From: Candidatus Heimdallarchaeota archaeon B3_Heim
GTDB taxonomy: Archaea > Asgardarchaeota > Heimdallarchaeia > Hodarchaeales > Hodarchaeaceae
NCBI GenBank assembly: GCA_003144275.1
Contig: NJBF01000018.1
Location: forward strand, 30,001 to 62,000
Length of the DNA: 32,000 nucleotides
Reading direction: 5' to 3'
Part shown: one piece after another, positions 1-10,367 of the stretch
Position numbering within the stretch: the stretch's first letter is position 1
How the letters are laid out: every line of letters begins with the position of its first letter
The notes under the pieces: model-generated
Database searches by the model: none
Told to the model about the DNA's origin: nothing
The model's input: the letters and a program-made list of their open reading frames with translations, nothing else
Position numbers and translations under genes: made by a program

Positions 1-392
1 GAATCCCAATAGCAAAATTCGCCAAAAGCTGCATCATAGTCGAAAGGAATTCCAGCCATTGATACAGAAGGTTCAAATTGCGATCCAATCATAGCTGGTC
101 CGCTAGATTTTAATTCTGGCATAATAGCAAGCTCATCAGTAACCAATGCTGAGATGTTTTCTTTGTCTGCAGCGGTTAGAAATCCACCTGTCCCATTCGA
201 AAACCGTATATCTACCTCTCCTTCTCGAATGAGAAGACTTGTGAGAAATGCATTCTCCAGAGTGTCGGTAGTAATTTGTATCCCGACCATCAAAGTGACT
301 CCGAGGGCTATTGCTAGAATAGCACTAAAGTTTTTGGTCTTTCGTCGAGTCAGCGCTCGCTTTGCAATTTTAATACTTGATATTAATCCCAT
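1..392 (-). CDS. ABC transporter permease, MacB/FtsX-like (N-terminal part; runs off the window start)
   Basis: Not in the ORF track. Manual translation from ATG at 392: MGLISSIKIAKRALTRRKTKNFSAILAIALGVTLMVGIQITTDTLENAFL..., open to base 1. The basic amphipathic helix plus first TM segment fits MacB/FtsX permeases. An AGGTG RBS lies just upstream. Confidence 0.75.
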   Translation of the reverse strand, partial: MGLISSIKIAKRALTRRKTKNFSAILAIALGVTLMVGIQITTDTLENAFLTSLLIREGEVDIRFSNGTGGFLTAADKENISALVTDELAIMPELKSSGPAMIGSQFEPSVSMAGIPFDYDAAFGEFCYWD

Positions 393-422
393 GTAAACAC
401 CTTATATCATTTAAATCATAAA

Positions 423-1088
423 TCACTTATTTTGAATTACCTTAGTTCCTGCTACGAAATCTAACATTCGTTGATTCCTTCCCCGTGTTTTTTCTGACAA
501 TATCCCTACAAAAAGGTCGATTATCAGAAATGCGCTTAAGAACGGCACTTTTGTGAAATTTCTAAGAATAGATTGGTTCCACGATATCTTGATCCCTGAT
601 TCATCAACTACAGTCAAACCAAATATTCGCTTACCAAGGGTTGTGGAGTATGTTTGTTCTAAGATAATGAAATAGCCTAACATAAATCCAAAGATAGGAA
701 GACTAACAAATAGAAAACCAAAAGGAATATCCATACCATGCAGTGGAAGTGTTACTTGATCTATGTCGAAATCAGTTAATACAAGTCTGATTAACCCAAA
801 AATAATGAATAATATAGCTGATAAGGAAAAATCTATAGCTGATGCCAATATACGTATCGTCCAACTTGCCGATTTTGTTCCCCAATTTTGTGCAAGACTT
901 ACATTTTTTGCAACGTCAATCGGTGAACCAAAAACTACAGTTGGAGGACGTTTTTCCTCCCCCATTGCATCCTGAACATCTTTCTTTAAATTTTCTAAAA
1001 CCGGCCATTTAATCTCCTCTGGATATGGTAGTAAATTACTTACCTCCCATATATACCCATCAATAGGATCTGCATGCTTATTAGCCAT
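423..1088 (-). CDS. RDD-family membrane protein with N-terminal HAAS/DUF1700-like helical domain
   Basis: RDD hallmarks: RILASAID, TLGKRIFGLTVVD, SILRN, QRMLDFVAGTKV. The N-terminus (IDGYIWEVSNLLP...VLENLKKDVQD...FGSPIDVAKNV) matches the helical domain typically encoded downstream of PadR genes. Confidence 0.8.
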   Translation of the reverse strand: MANKHADPIDGYIWEVSNLLPYPEEIKWPVLENLKKDVQDAMGEEKRPPTVVFGSPIDVAKNVSLAQNWGTKSASWTIRILASAIDFSLSAILFIIFGLIRLVLTDFDIDQVTLPLHGMDIPFGFLFVSLPIFGFMLGYFIILEQTYSTTLGKRIFGLTVVDESGIKISWNQSILRNFTKVPFLSAFLIIDLFVGILSEKTRGRNQRMLDFVAGTKVIQNK

Positions 1089-1092
1089 TTTC

Positions 1093-1452
1093 TTACATGT
1101 CTCCGTGACTTTGATTTGGATTTATTATCTCGTGCATACTACTATTGAATTTTTGAATCTCAATTTCTAATTTCCCTAGAAACTCCTTTCCTTTCTGGGT
1201 AAGGAGATAGAATTTTCTATCCGATTCATCAAGCTGACTAGCAATCAAATTATCCTCTTCAAGCTTAGCTAACATAGGATAGATATTTGAACCAGCAATA
1301 GAAATTTCTCCTTTTGTCAATTCAAGAATCTTTTTAGTAAGGAGATATGCATAACTTTTCTCTACTTTAGCAAGAGCAAATAAGATTAATGGCTTAGAAT
1401 AACCTTTTTTGAATTCTGTTGTCCATTTTGGAAGGAGTGAATCGATAGACAC
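1093..1452 (-). CDS. PadR-family transcriptional regulator
   Basis: Winged-HTH motifs SYAYLLTKKI, GSNIYPMLAKLEEDNLI, RKFYLLTQKGKEFL. GTG start; 4 bp from the next gene. Confidence 0.9.
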   Translation of the reverse strand: MSIDSLLPKWTTEFKKGYSKPLILFALAKVEKSYAYLLTKKILELTKGEISIAGSNIYPMLAKLEEDNLIASQLDESDRKFYLLTQKGKEFLGKLEIEIQKFNSSMHEIINPNQSHGDM

Positions 1453-1636
1453 AGGTAATCCTCACTAATTTCGCTTCGGACTATAAGTCTATATATGGCT
1501 TACTATATCGGTTATACATATTCCTTTTCTTTCGAGCTTCGAATCAAATAGAAAGATTGTTATTTAGTGAAAATGACTTTATTTTTTAAGATAGAAAAGC
1601 TAAAAATAGAGGACTAATATTCGAGGTCTCATTAAA

Positions 1637-3160
1637 TTGAGTATAGACCGTATTTATAGATTAGTATTTGAAGGTAAGATCGATGAAATGGTGAAGGAGG
1701 TCGAGAAATTATCTGGTGTTGAGAGAATAGAGGGTGAATTAATGAAAGCCTATTGGTTACTAGAGTTTAGAACCTCAGAAGTTGATGACTACATCGCATT
1801 AGCCAATAAAGTGATCAATGAACACTCCGATAATCTACGGCTTCAAATTATTGGTCGCCTTCACAATCTTGGTGGCTATTGGTGGACAGCGGAATTCTTC
1901 AAGGGGGTCACACAACTAGAGGGAATTGAGAAACAATTCCAAAAACTCGATTCCTTAACACGTGAGAATTTAAGATTTTATGAAATTTGGTTTTACCATT
2001 TGAAAGGAACATTCTATCACGCTACAGGAGACTATGAGAAAGGATTTAAGGAATATTTCTCTGGCTTAGCTCTCATTGACTCAGATCCTGTTTTTCCATA
2101 TACTTCTTTTCAAGCTGGTACTAATCTCCATATAGGTAATGGTTATTTGACGTTAGGCGATTACCAAAAAGCTACTTACCACTATCAAGCTGCAATAGAT
2201 TATTCAGTAGATTCAGGAAATAGTATGAGTAAAGGAATGGCCTTGTTTAATCTTGCAATCATCTCATCCTTTAGAGGGGATATAAAGAAATCTCTTGACC
2301 TTCACGAGGAATGTCTGTCACTTTATCAGAAAATTAAATACCAAAGAGGGATCGCAGAGAATTTAAACCGTGTAGGTTTAGTCTACCACTATCTAGGCAA
2401 TCACCAAAAATCTATTGAATATCTAGAGTTAGCTCTTCTTGAGGCAAAAAAAACTGGATTGATTATCTTTATTGCGATAACCCTCACGAATCTAATAACA
2501 GTATATTCTAATTTAGGGGAGTCAGTTAAGGCTAAACGTTACTTAATTGATCTTAAAAAACTTCATGATCATAAGGATGATTATTGGCTGCAATCAAGCT
2601 TTATGCAATCAAGCTATATGTTAAGTGAAGCTTTTGTATTAAAGCAAACAGGTCGTTTTAAAGAACAGGTAGAAGCACAAGTGAAATTAAAAGGCATAAT
2701 TGCTGAGCTAAAATTTCCATATTATCACAGGATTCAAGCAATGTTACAATTAACCGATCTATTACTATTGGAATTGAAGACTTTTGGGAATGAAGAAATA
2801 TTCCAAGAAGTAGAAAGGTTGATAAATCAGGTATTTGAAATGGCGCAGGAACAAAATTTGTTACCAATTGAGATCGAAACTTCTATACTGAAAGCAAAGC
2901 TTTCCTTGATAAATGGAGATTTTACACTCTCAGATAATCTCTTACAGGATGCTTTAGTATTAGCTGTTGAAAAAAATCTAACATTTCTTCAATCTAGAAT
3001 TAATAATGAGCAAGAAAAACTACAAAATGAGCTTACTAAATGGATTGAACTAATAGATAAGAATTCTTCTCTAAAAGAACGAATTGAACAATCTCAAATT
3101 GAAACGTATCTCAAAGAAGCAATTCAGATCCAAAATTTGCATTCCGAACGAGTTAGTTAG
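1637..3160 (+). CDS. Tetratricopeptide-repeat (TPR) protein
   Basis: Consecutive TPR units (GNGYLTLGDYQKATYHYQAA; NLAIISSFRGDIKKSLDLHEECL; RVGLVYHYLGNHQKSIEYLELAL) and a helical C-terminus. TTG start with GAGGT upstream. Confidence 0.85.
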   Translation: MSIDRIYRLVFEGKIDEMVKEVEKLSGVERIEGELMKAYWLLEFRTSEVDDYIALANKVINEHSDNLRLQIIGRLHNLGGYWWTAEFFKGVTQLEGIEKQFQKLDSLTRENLRFYEIWFYHLKGTFYHATGDYEKGFKEYFSGLALIDSDPVFPYTSFQAGTNLHIGNGYLTLGDYQKATYHYQAAIDYSVDSGNSMSKGMALFNLAIISSFRGDIKKSLDLHEECLSLYQKIKYQRGIAENLNRVGLVYHYLGNHQKSIEYLELALLEAKKTGLIIFIAITLTNLITVYSNLGESVKAKRYLIDLKKLHDHKDDYWLQSSFMQSSYMLSEAFVLKQTGRFKEQVEAQVKLKGIIAELKFPYYHRIQAMLQLTDLLLLELKTFGNEEIFQEVERLINQVFEMAQEQNLLPIEIETSILKAKLSLINGDFTLSDNLLQDALVLAVEKNLTFLQSRINNEQEKLQNELTKWIELIDKNSSLKERIEQSQIETYLKEAIQIQNLHSERVS

Positions 3161-3238
3161 AGACATTTTGAATGGATTCTTTTTTTAATATGGACTCATA
3201 CCAAACCTTAGTGACTAAATAAAGGATCTGGGTTTACT

Positions 3239-4759
3239 ATGAGCTTTAATAGCATACTGAATACTTATTGTAGAAAGATTGGTCCGTTTTTAATGGTACT
3301 ACTACCTATCTTGATCTTAATTAACATGATTTCAGGGAATTTTGTTCCTACTGCACCTGAAATGGCAGTAGCGGGATTACTATGGACCTTCTTATTCGCT
3401 AATTCCTTAGCTTATTTAATAAATGGCCTCCTTGTAAGGAGGAGTTTTAATACAGAAACTCAGAAAAAAGCTGCAGAGGGATTTCCTGTGGATAGCCTTG
3501 AGGGTTTTAGTTCTGTTACTGCGTTTACTAAACAAGTTCTACTGAACTCAGGAATAATAGCTGGTGTGATTTTTCTTTCCTGGATACTGATGTTAACTGT
3601 TGTAATGGTTATCCCTTTCTTACAGAATAATGATAGTATTAATGATGTAGTTATTGATCTCACTGGTCAGGACTTTTCTGCTCTAGAAGGAGCATTTCTA
3701 AGACCAATCTTGATTTTTAGCGCTATTGGCCTGGTTCTCATTGCAATCGGTATCCTTCTTCTCCTCAAAATTCCAGAAAAGCCGAGTTTTGAAGTCGGTG
3801 CTTTTTTGAAATATTATTATCCCCGTCAAACCCCTCTTATCCTTGACAATCTTCTTAGTGACGCTGTTTTAGCATTTTTAGATCCTATTACGAAAATGCG
3901 TTTTGATGAATGGACCGAAAGCATTCGTTCATCCTTAAATCCATCATTTGAATATGGTTTAGACCTTGTCACTCGTGTAGAGCGCGCTCGAGAAAAAATA
4001 CTCTTGTTGTTCTATTTAAAGAAACGAATGCCCATTCTTCTTCCCATGGATAGTTTTAAGTCAGAAATAACTGAAGTAATTCATGAAAATAAATACAATC
4101 AATTTAGTGAGGGAGGAAACTCAGGTATTACCTTCGCTATCCTCACGGATATATTCAACCAATTATCTACTCGAATACCTGAAGTTTTTATGACTATAGA
4201 TAGATTGATAATTGAACTTACGGATAATTTGGAAGATTTTCTTGATAATAAAGACCTTTGGGTGAATGTTTCTGCTCCTGAAAAAGTGGTTGGAAACGAA
4301 AATCCCTTTCGTTTTCTGATGTTTGCCCTAAATAAGGATGTCAAACGTTACCGTGAGAGAAAACGAATGGTTGATTTTAAAGTAAGTGGAACACAAAAGC
4401 ATTTCATGGAAGATCTAAGTATTTCAGTACCACTAGATGAAGCAGAAGAAATACAAACGGAATCTCATAATCTTGAATTTATTTCTGAGGGTTCTCAAGA
4501 TATTTTAGGTCTAGTAACCCAGATATTACAAATCGGGGATGCCACATGGTTTACTGTTGAACGCAAGGAATTTTCCTCTCACCTTTTCCACCTTTCGATT
4601 TCAGAAAAGGATCGTGGCAGCATTTTTGCAGAAACAATTTCAGTAGATGTAACACGGGATTTAATGTTCTACGTGCGTACCTATGGTGGCAAACTTAGTG
4701 CTTTATCTGGACTTTTATTACCATTAGGTTCAATTGTACTTCAGTATCTTCCCTTTTGA
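3239..4759 (+). CDS. Hypothetical membrane protein (about 4 N-terminal TM segments, large soluble domain, C-terminal TM)
   Basis: 506-aa ORF. Hydrophobic stretches lie in the N-terminal ~175 aa and at the extreme C-terminus (LSALSGLLLPLGSIVLQYLPF). No family recognised. Confidence 0.7.
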   Translation: MSFNSILNTYCRKIGPFLMVLLPILILINMISGNFVPTAPEMAVAGLLWTFLFANSLAYLINGLLVRRSFNTETQKKAAEGFPVDSLEGFSSVTAFTKQVLLNSGIIAGVIFLSWILMLTVVMVIPFLQNNDSINDVVIDLTGQDFSALEGAFLRPILIFSAIGLVLIAIGILLLLKIPEKPSFEVGAFLKYYYPRQTPLILDNLLSDAVLAFLDPITKMRFDEWTESIRSSLNPSFEYGLDLVTRVERAREKILLLFYLKKRMPILLPMDSFKSEITEVIHENKYNQFSEGGNSGITFAILTDIFNQLSTRIPEVFMTIDRLIIELTDNLEDFLDNKDLWVNVSAPEKVVGNENPFRFLMFALNKDVKRYRERKRMVDFKVSGTQKHFMEDLSISVPLDEAEEIQTESHNLEFISEGSQDILGLVTQILQIGDATWFTVERKEFSSHLFHLSISEKDRGSIFAETISVDVTRDLMFYVRTYGGKLSALSGLLLPLGSIVLQYLPF

Positions 4760-5125
4760 TTACTATTCCCGTTTATAATTGAGAGAAAAAGAATTAATTT
4801 CCCACTTTCACAGGCGGGATTTTCGGTAATCATCGGATATTTAATGTCGATACAACGATTGAACAGAAATCAGAATTTTGGGGAATAATCAGTGATTGGT
4901 ATTGCGCAGACACCTCCTAGCAACATATTTTCCTTTATTATGATCTTAATATTGATTTCAATCTAAGATTCCAAGTTTTTCTAGGAATAATAGTCTGTCA
5001 TTCAAGCTGAGGCAGAATAATTGTTAAATATACAACGGGTTATATTTATTCTTAGATTCGTTATTATTTCATGACTCTTTAATCAGAAGATGAGGTTATA
5101 ACGTTAAACTAGTCATTATTCGATT

Positions 5126-5905
5126 ATGAATGAAACTCTGAGACTACTTGAAAATCGAAGATCTTTACGCTCTTATGATTCACGACCGCTTACATCAGAA
5201 GAAAAAGATATAATCATCCATTGTGCGATGCGCGCTCCAACTGCAGGTAATATGATGCATTATACAATGATAGAAGTTGCAGATCAGACGAAAAAAGACA
5301 AATTAGTTCAAACCTGTGATAATCAACCATTCATTGCCAAGGCGCCCTTTGTTTTATTGTTTCTAGCGGATTTACACCGTTGGTACGATTTGTTTCAATA
5401 TTCAAATGTGGCTGATTATTGTCAAAACCATGAGGAGGAGTACATGACACCACAGGAATCGGATCTGTTGTTAGCTTGTTGTGATGCATTAATTGCAGCT
5501 GAAAATGCCGTCATAGCTGCTGAGGCTCTGAATATTGGGTCTTGCTATATTGGAGATATTATGGAAAACATCGAAATTCATCGTGAGATGTTCAACTTAC
5601 CTAAATGGGTTTTTCCAATCACATTGTTATGTTTTGGACATCCTAAACGTGATAGAACTTCCTCAAAGAAATCTTCAAGATTTCCGAAAGAATTTGTTTA
5701 TTTCAAAGACCAATATAACCTTAGAAGTAATCAAGAATTCGAAAGGATGTTATTAGATCATTATCACATAAAGGAGGGCAAATTTTTGAAAGATGCACAA
5801 AATATTGGCCAGCATGTGTATTTAAGGAAGACTGGGTCGGATTTTGCGGCAGAAATGCGCCGTTCCGTAAAAGTTGCTCTTAAAGATTGGCTAAAAGCTG
5901 ACTAG
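5126..5905 (+). CDS. Nitroreductase / NADPH-flavin oxidoreductase (NfsA/NfrA-like)
   Basis: RRSLRSY, APTAGNMMHY, CDNQPFIAKAP, DALIAAENAVIAAEALNIGSCYIG, VFPITLLCFGHP. Its stop shares the 4-bp CTAG (5902-5905) with the stop of the convergent gene. Confidence 0.92.
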   Translation: MNETLRLLENRRSLRSYDSRPLTSEEKDIIIHCAMRAPTAGNMMHYTMIEVADQTKKDKLVQTCDNQPFIAKAPFVLLFLADLHRWYDLFQYSNVADYCQNHEEEYMTPQESDLLLACCDALIAAENAVIAAEALNIGSCYIGDIMENIEIHREMFNLPKWVFPITLLCFGHPKRDRTSSKKSSRFPKEFVYFKDQYNLRSNQEFERMLLDHYHIKEGKFLKDAQNIGQHVYLRKTGSDFAAEMRRSVKVALKDWLKAD

Positions 5906-6828
5906 TTCTCTGAAGAGAGCAATAATCGCTGGCTATTATTTCCCAAGATGTCCCAGCGATCATCATCAGTAATGACTCTTCTAGTCACTAAATCTTCTAA
6001 AATTCCTTTTTGTCGTAATGCAACATCGTGTCGCATGGTAAGTCGACCAGAATCAGTACCAAATAGTATATGTTGAGGTGTTAGGGCATGTACACTCTTT
6101 TCAAACACTTGAGTTAGGTTTGGAAATGGTGACCAAGTAATCCAATCATTAGATCCACTTGAATCGACATATATTCGATTTTGGTGGGAATAGGCCATTA
6201 GAAATACTTCTCGAAGATATCCAGCCCCAAAATGAGCAATAATATACTTCTGACCTACTAATTTTGGATTTTGAAGCCAAGGACGCAATTCCAAAGGATT
6301 TGCGGGCCAAGCGTTTAGATTCACAGGACCTCCTTTCATTACACCGAAGTGGATCATTGGAACAAGCTCCAATTCAAGACATTTTTCTAGGTATGGAAGC
6401 ATTCTGGGATCGTTGAAATTAAAATCATTACCCCATGAACCAGGATAAAATTTTATTGATACTGCACCTTTCTTCTTATAATCTTCCATAATTTCAGGGG
6501 TATCAAAACGAGGATCAACAAAGGGAATCAATGCTGGAAATTGGTTTGGATATAATTGATGTGCTCGATATACTGAATCAAAATCTCCACTAAATGACAT
6601 AAGTAAGATTTGATTAACGCGAGATTTTTCCATTTCAATAACGGTTGATTTCACTCTTTCTTCAATTGTCGGTAATCCATCAAGAAATTCCTGAAATTCA
6701 GAATTGTCTCGATAACTTTCAGGGGGAATCATTCGATTAAATGCCTTGACACTATCTTTAGTAAAGAAATGATGATGGCTGTCAATAGTTAGTTTAGAGG
6801 ATTCTACATGAGGAGTGGAGTGGGTCAT
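5902..6828 (-). CDS. Amidohydrolase_2-family metal-dependent hydrolase
   Basis: TIM-barrel metal motifs IDSHHH, IKFYP, PMIHFG, IIAHFG, YVDSSG, ILFGTDS. Confidence 0.85.
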   Translation of the reverse strand: MTHSTPHVESSKLTIDSHHHFFTKDSVKAFNRMIPPESYRDNSEFQEFLDGLPTIEERVKSTVIEMEKSRVNQILLMSFSGDFDSVYRAHQLYPNQFPALIPFVDPRFDTPEIMEDYKKKGAVSIKFYPGSWGNDFNFNDPRMLPYLEKCLELELVPMIHFGVMKGGPVNLNAWPANPLELRPWLQNPKLVGQKYIIAHFGAGYLREVFLMAYSHQNRIYVDSSGSNDWITWSPFPNLTQVFEKSVHALTPQHILFGTDSGRLTMRHDVALRQKGILEDLVTRRVITDDDRWDILGNNSQRLLLSSEN

Positions 6829-7034
6829 TTGGTAACGCTTCTCGAGAAATTATTTCAGCATTCTCATGGGTAAAACGCAATTGCTATCTAATCTCAAGTA
6901 AACCTTCAAATCTGTAACAAAACATCTTTACCCACATTAAATTTCCTCCCTAATACTAAACTCTCAATGGTTCAATCTTAGTTTGTCTATTATAGCAAAG
7001 GAAACGGAAAACCTTAGTTTTACCTTCTCTATTA

Positions 7035-7391
7035 CTATTTGAAATAATCTCTTTCTAAAGATAGTATTCGATAGAAGTTTAGAGCAAATAACCATTTTGC
7101 CTCCCTGGTTAAATTCGCTGCTCTTCCTGCAAGGAATTCTTCTAGTTGATATTCACCAAATAAGGAAATCAATTGATCTTTCACCCAAAAAACAATTTTT
7201 TTTTCACCCTCAGAGTTAATTTCCAGCTGTTTTCCTCGTGAAAAGAGAGTTTTTCCTAAATATATATAACGAGGCCTCCCATCCATAGGGAGCGAGTAAT
7301 CAATTGTAATAAATTTAGCTATCCCTTTTTCTACTACTTTCAAGCTGGTAGTTCCACCATCTAAAAGGGATTCAGCATCCTTCAACTCCAT
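7035..7391 (-). CDS. Hypothetical protein (118 aa)
   Basis: Intact ATG-started ORF with protein-like composition; no family recognised. Confidence 0.6.
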   Translation of the reverse strand: MELKDAESLLDGGTTSLKVVEKGIAKFITIDYSLPMDGRPRYIYLGKTLFSRGKQLEINSEGEKKIVFWVKDQLISLFGEYQLEEFLAGRAANLTREAKWLFALNFYRILSLERDYFK

Positions 7392-7522
7392 AGCTCTTCC
7401 ACACGTTAATCTTTATGACCTGATATTTCACATTTGAATTATTTATAAAGTTTAATCAAGTCAAAAAATCAAGTACATTGCATTCATATTACAAATCAAT
7501 TCGAATTCTGACTCGATTCAAA

Positions 7523-9454
7523 TTACATCCTTCGTTTTCTAATTCCTCTTGTGTAAAATGCAAGATACAGAATTACCGTGGATAGCATCAACCAAGGTGC
7601 TGGAGAAGTAGTAGTAGTAGTAGTAGTACTAGTTTCATCAGTTGTTATGATTATATTGTCCTCAATTGACCAAGATGCCATCTGGAGGAGGTTTATAGAA
7701 TATAAATATCCGCTAGATAATTCAGTTGTTAACGATAATGGTTTTTTATCTAAAAGGATGTAGGAAGTACTGGCTGTTGAAGTATTACTCCAAACCCATA
7801 TCAGAGTATCTTCCCCATTATCCAAGGATACTAGAAAGGGAATTTTTGCTGCATAAACTGATAAACCTGTTTGTTTTAAAGTTATAGACAGATTATACTC
7901 ATTTTGCACAGTATCCTTAAGTTCAGTTGAGACAATTTCAACATTAGGAATAAATCCTTCGTTGAACCAAGGTAAAAACCAGTCAATATCTGTATAATAG
8001 TTGAAGCATTCAATAAGATTATTGAAAGTAGCTATTTGGAAACTGTACTCTGTGTAAAACCGTTGAAGACCATTAAAGAAGTTATCATCACCAATATACG
8101 TTCTAAGCAAATGAAACACTGAGGGGGCTTTATGATACGCTGCTTCCCAATAATAGCTAGAATCCATGTTGTTCTCAATTATGTAATTTATTGACCTATT
8201 AATTACTAAACCATCTGGGAATTGAGTTGCATTACTAGTTTCTGCTGTTCTCCAAAGATGAGCATCGAAAAAATCTACAGTCCAATCGTATCTTTCCTCC
8301 CAATAATACCAATGACTATAACAAACGATTCCTTCGTCCAAAAAACCTTCATCAATTTGATCATTTCCAACCACTGCATAAAACCACTGATGAGCTATTT
8401 CATGGGCAATCCCAGTTTCCCAATAGTTATATCCAGATTGAATATAGACAAGTCCTGGCCATTCCATCCCACCGTAAAAGCCAAAAGTAGTAGCAATTGA
8501 AAATGAAGTATATGGATATGGTCCATATAAGTCCGTAAATAACTCAAATGAGTATAATGCAGCATACAGTGCTTGGTATGTCCAATTTTCTGCATCGCGA
8601 GGCAAATAATATACCTTTAATGGAATGGAGTTATAAACACCACTTTCTGTGATATAATCTGGACTAATAGCAAAACTGAAGTCTCGGGCTTTGAGTAATT
8701 GATATTTGTATTCAATTTGATCTGTTAAAACTGAATTTTGTCCGATTAATTCACCAGATGAAGCTACTATGTAGTCTGATTGTACTGTCAGATTTACATA
8801 ATAATTTGCCACATCAGAATAAAAGGGATCTCCTACAAAATATTGTGGTTCTAAGTTCCAACCATCATCATCAAAAACAGCTAGTATTGGATAATAATTG
8901 CATAGAGCATAAACTAAACCCTTTGTTGGATCATCTTTATAGTTTAAACGGAAGGAGTCATTGGTTGTTATCGCAGTTTCAAATTCCATCCAAAGAGAAA
9001 AGGTTCCATCAGGAAGAACTGGTTGTGGAAGTGTAAGATTAAGTAATTGATTACCAAATGTAAAATCTAACTCCTGTACTTGATCTTTCGTTTTAACTGA
9101 GTTTACTAAAAGGTAACCAGGAATATCTTCATTTACCGAGGCATTGGGGAAAAGATGAAAATACAACTGGTCGATGTTTATATTCTCATTGTTGACATAA
9201 TCCATGATTAATGTTCCAGTAAGATAATGGCTACTTGAATCTAATGACAAATCAAGTGTATAATTAGTAAGAACGTCAGAAGAAGCTATCGACTTCATTA
9301 TACTATCAGTATGATTAGGATTGATGGATGTAGCTTGTTTATATTCCTTAATGCCCGTAAAATTTGTTGAGGAAGTCGAGATGGCACTATTTAGCGTTAA
9401 CAATATAACAGCAATAACCATTGCTGAAAAAATTAAGCGATATGCTTTTTTCAA
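7523..9454 (-). CDS. Secreted, membrane-anchored M1-family zinc aminopeptidase
   Basis: GGMEW (GAMEN-like) motif and HEIAH-x18-E zinc motif. N-terminal signal/TM; C-terminal poly-Thr linker, TM and RKRRM. The start is more likely TTG at 9454 (GGAG 8 nt upstream) than the track's 9493. Confidence 0.9.
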   Translation of the reverse strand: MKKAYRLIFSAMVIAVILLTLNSAISTSSTNFTGIKEYKQATSINPNHTDSIMKSIASSDVLTNYTLDLSLDSSSHYLTGTLIMDYVNNENINIDQLYFHLFPNASVNEDIPGYLLVNSVKTKDQVQELDFTFGNQLLNLTLPQPVLPDGTFSLWMEFETAITTNDSFRLNYKDDPTKGLVYALCNYYPILAVFDDDGWNLEPQYFVGDPFYSDVANYYVNLTVQSDYIVASSGELIGQNSVLTDQIEYKYQLLKARDFSFAISPDYITESGVYNSIPLKVYYLPRDAENWTYQALYAALYSFELFTDLYGPYPYTSFSIATTFGFYGGMEWPGLVYIQSGYNYWETGIAHEIAHQWFYAVVGNDQIDEGFLDEGIVCYSHWYYWEERYDWTVDFFDAHLWRTAETSNATQFPDGLVINRSINYIIENNMDSSYYWEAAYHKAPSVFHLLRTYIGDDNFFNGLQRFYTEYSFQIATFNNLIECFNYYTDIDWFLPWFNEGFIPNVEIVSTELKDTVQNEYNLSITLKQTGLSVYAAKIPFLVSLDNGEDTLIWVWSNTSTASTSYILLDKKPLSLTTELSSGYLYSINLLQMASWSIEDNIIITTDETSTTTTTTTSPAPWLMLSTVILYLAFYTRGIRKRRM

Positions 9455-9830
9455 GATTTTAACTCCAAAAATATTCTGTTTACACAGCTTCAAATATTAT
9501 TATCAGTTAAATCGACTTTATTAGATTTATAGTTTGTTATTGTGGTATATAATGCTTAATCTATTGAGTATCAAATTATTGATATTCAAGGAGAGAATAG
9601 AAATCACAACATTGCTTACTTATACACATAAAACTCGGAGGAATTTTTAAAAATAAAAACAATTGGATAAAAAGATACTTTAGAGAGAAACTTTCTCTAT
9701 TTCCTTCGTTCTACTTGGATATTGCTTAGGAGAAATACAATTATACATTAAAAACCCCCCTTATTTATTTTTTTCATATCCATCTAAACTTCATGTTACA
9801 TGTTCCGTATTTAACAAAATTCTTACGCAT

Positions 9831-9944
9831 TTGAGAATTCTAACCAAATTTTTGAATAATCTTGAATCTTCAGGGTTGATTATTCAAGAACGTATGACTG
9901 GTCAGCCCTCTCTTATTGCTTTACGCAAAGGACGGAGGGAATAA
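9831..9944 (+). pseudogene. Possible winged-HTH gene remnant
   Basis: Manual translation LRILTKFLNNLESSGLIIQERMTGQPSLIALRKGRRE* resembles a wHTH recognition helix plus wing. There is no convincing start or N-terminal half. Confidence 0.25.
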
Positions 9945-10367
9945 CTCCACAAAAATAATTGTTTTAACAAAATGATACACACAATACTGTAATTACACAA
10001 AAGATTTATAGACCCGTTTTATAGATTCAACCAGCCAACGCATTCCGACTGGCTGAGTATGACTAGGAAAATGCTCGTGAAGAAAGCATTAAGATAGTTA
10101 TAGTACGGAATAAGTGGAAATAGCATCTATTTACTCTATAAGTGGAAAGTTGGAATTAAGTGTGCTTGCGATACGCATATAAAAGTAGAAGGAATTGTCG
10201 GCTTTAGTATAATCGCTGGAAATACGAATTCATTGCTGAATACGTACAGTCACAGTCTGATATTTGTTTTGGAGACATTCTATCCTATTTAATCAGCAAC
10301 GGGAATTGCTTGGCATTGTTTATGGCTATCCATAGACGACATCATCGATTAAGGAGATTTAAAAAGT

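Noticed and set aside
154-396. Track ORF of 80 aa on the + strand
   Set aside because: Antisense shadow of the ABC permease gene on the minus strand.
1453-1636. Possible PadR operator in the divergent promoter region
   Set aside because: Only weak TATA-rich near-palindromes are present; none is strong enough to call.
6780-6950. GGGAGG + ATG frame with an internal TAG, and a similar in-frame TAG upstream of the HEPN gene (~11982), raising possible stop-codon readthrough
   Set aside because: The extensions are short and unrecognisable, many genuine genes here end in TAG, and the ICMT break is TAA. There is no support for recoding.
9684-9698. 7-1-7 palindrome agagaaa-c-tttctct, and a 6-bp stem at 10032-10055
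   Set aside because: Short and low-complexity; expected by chance in AT-rich DNA.
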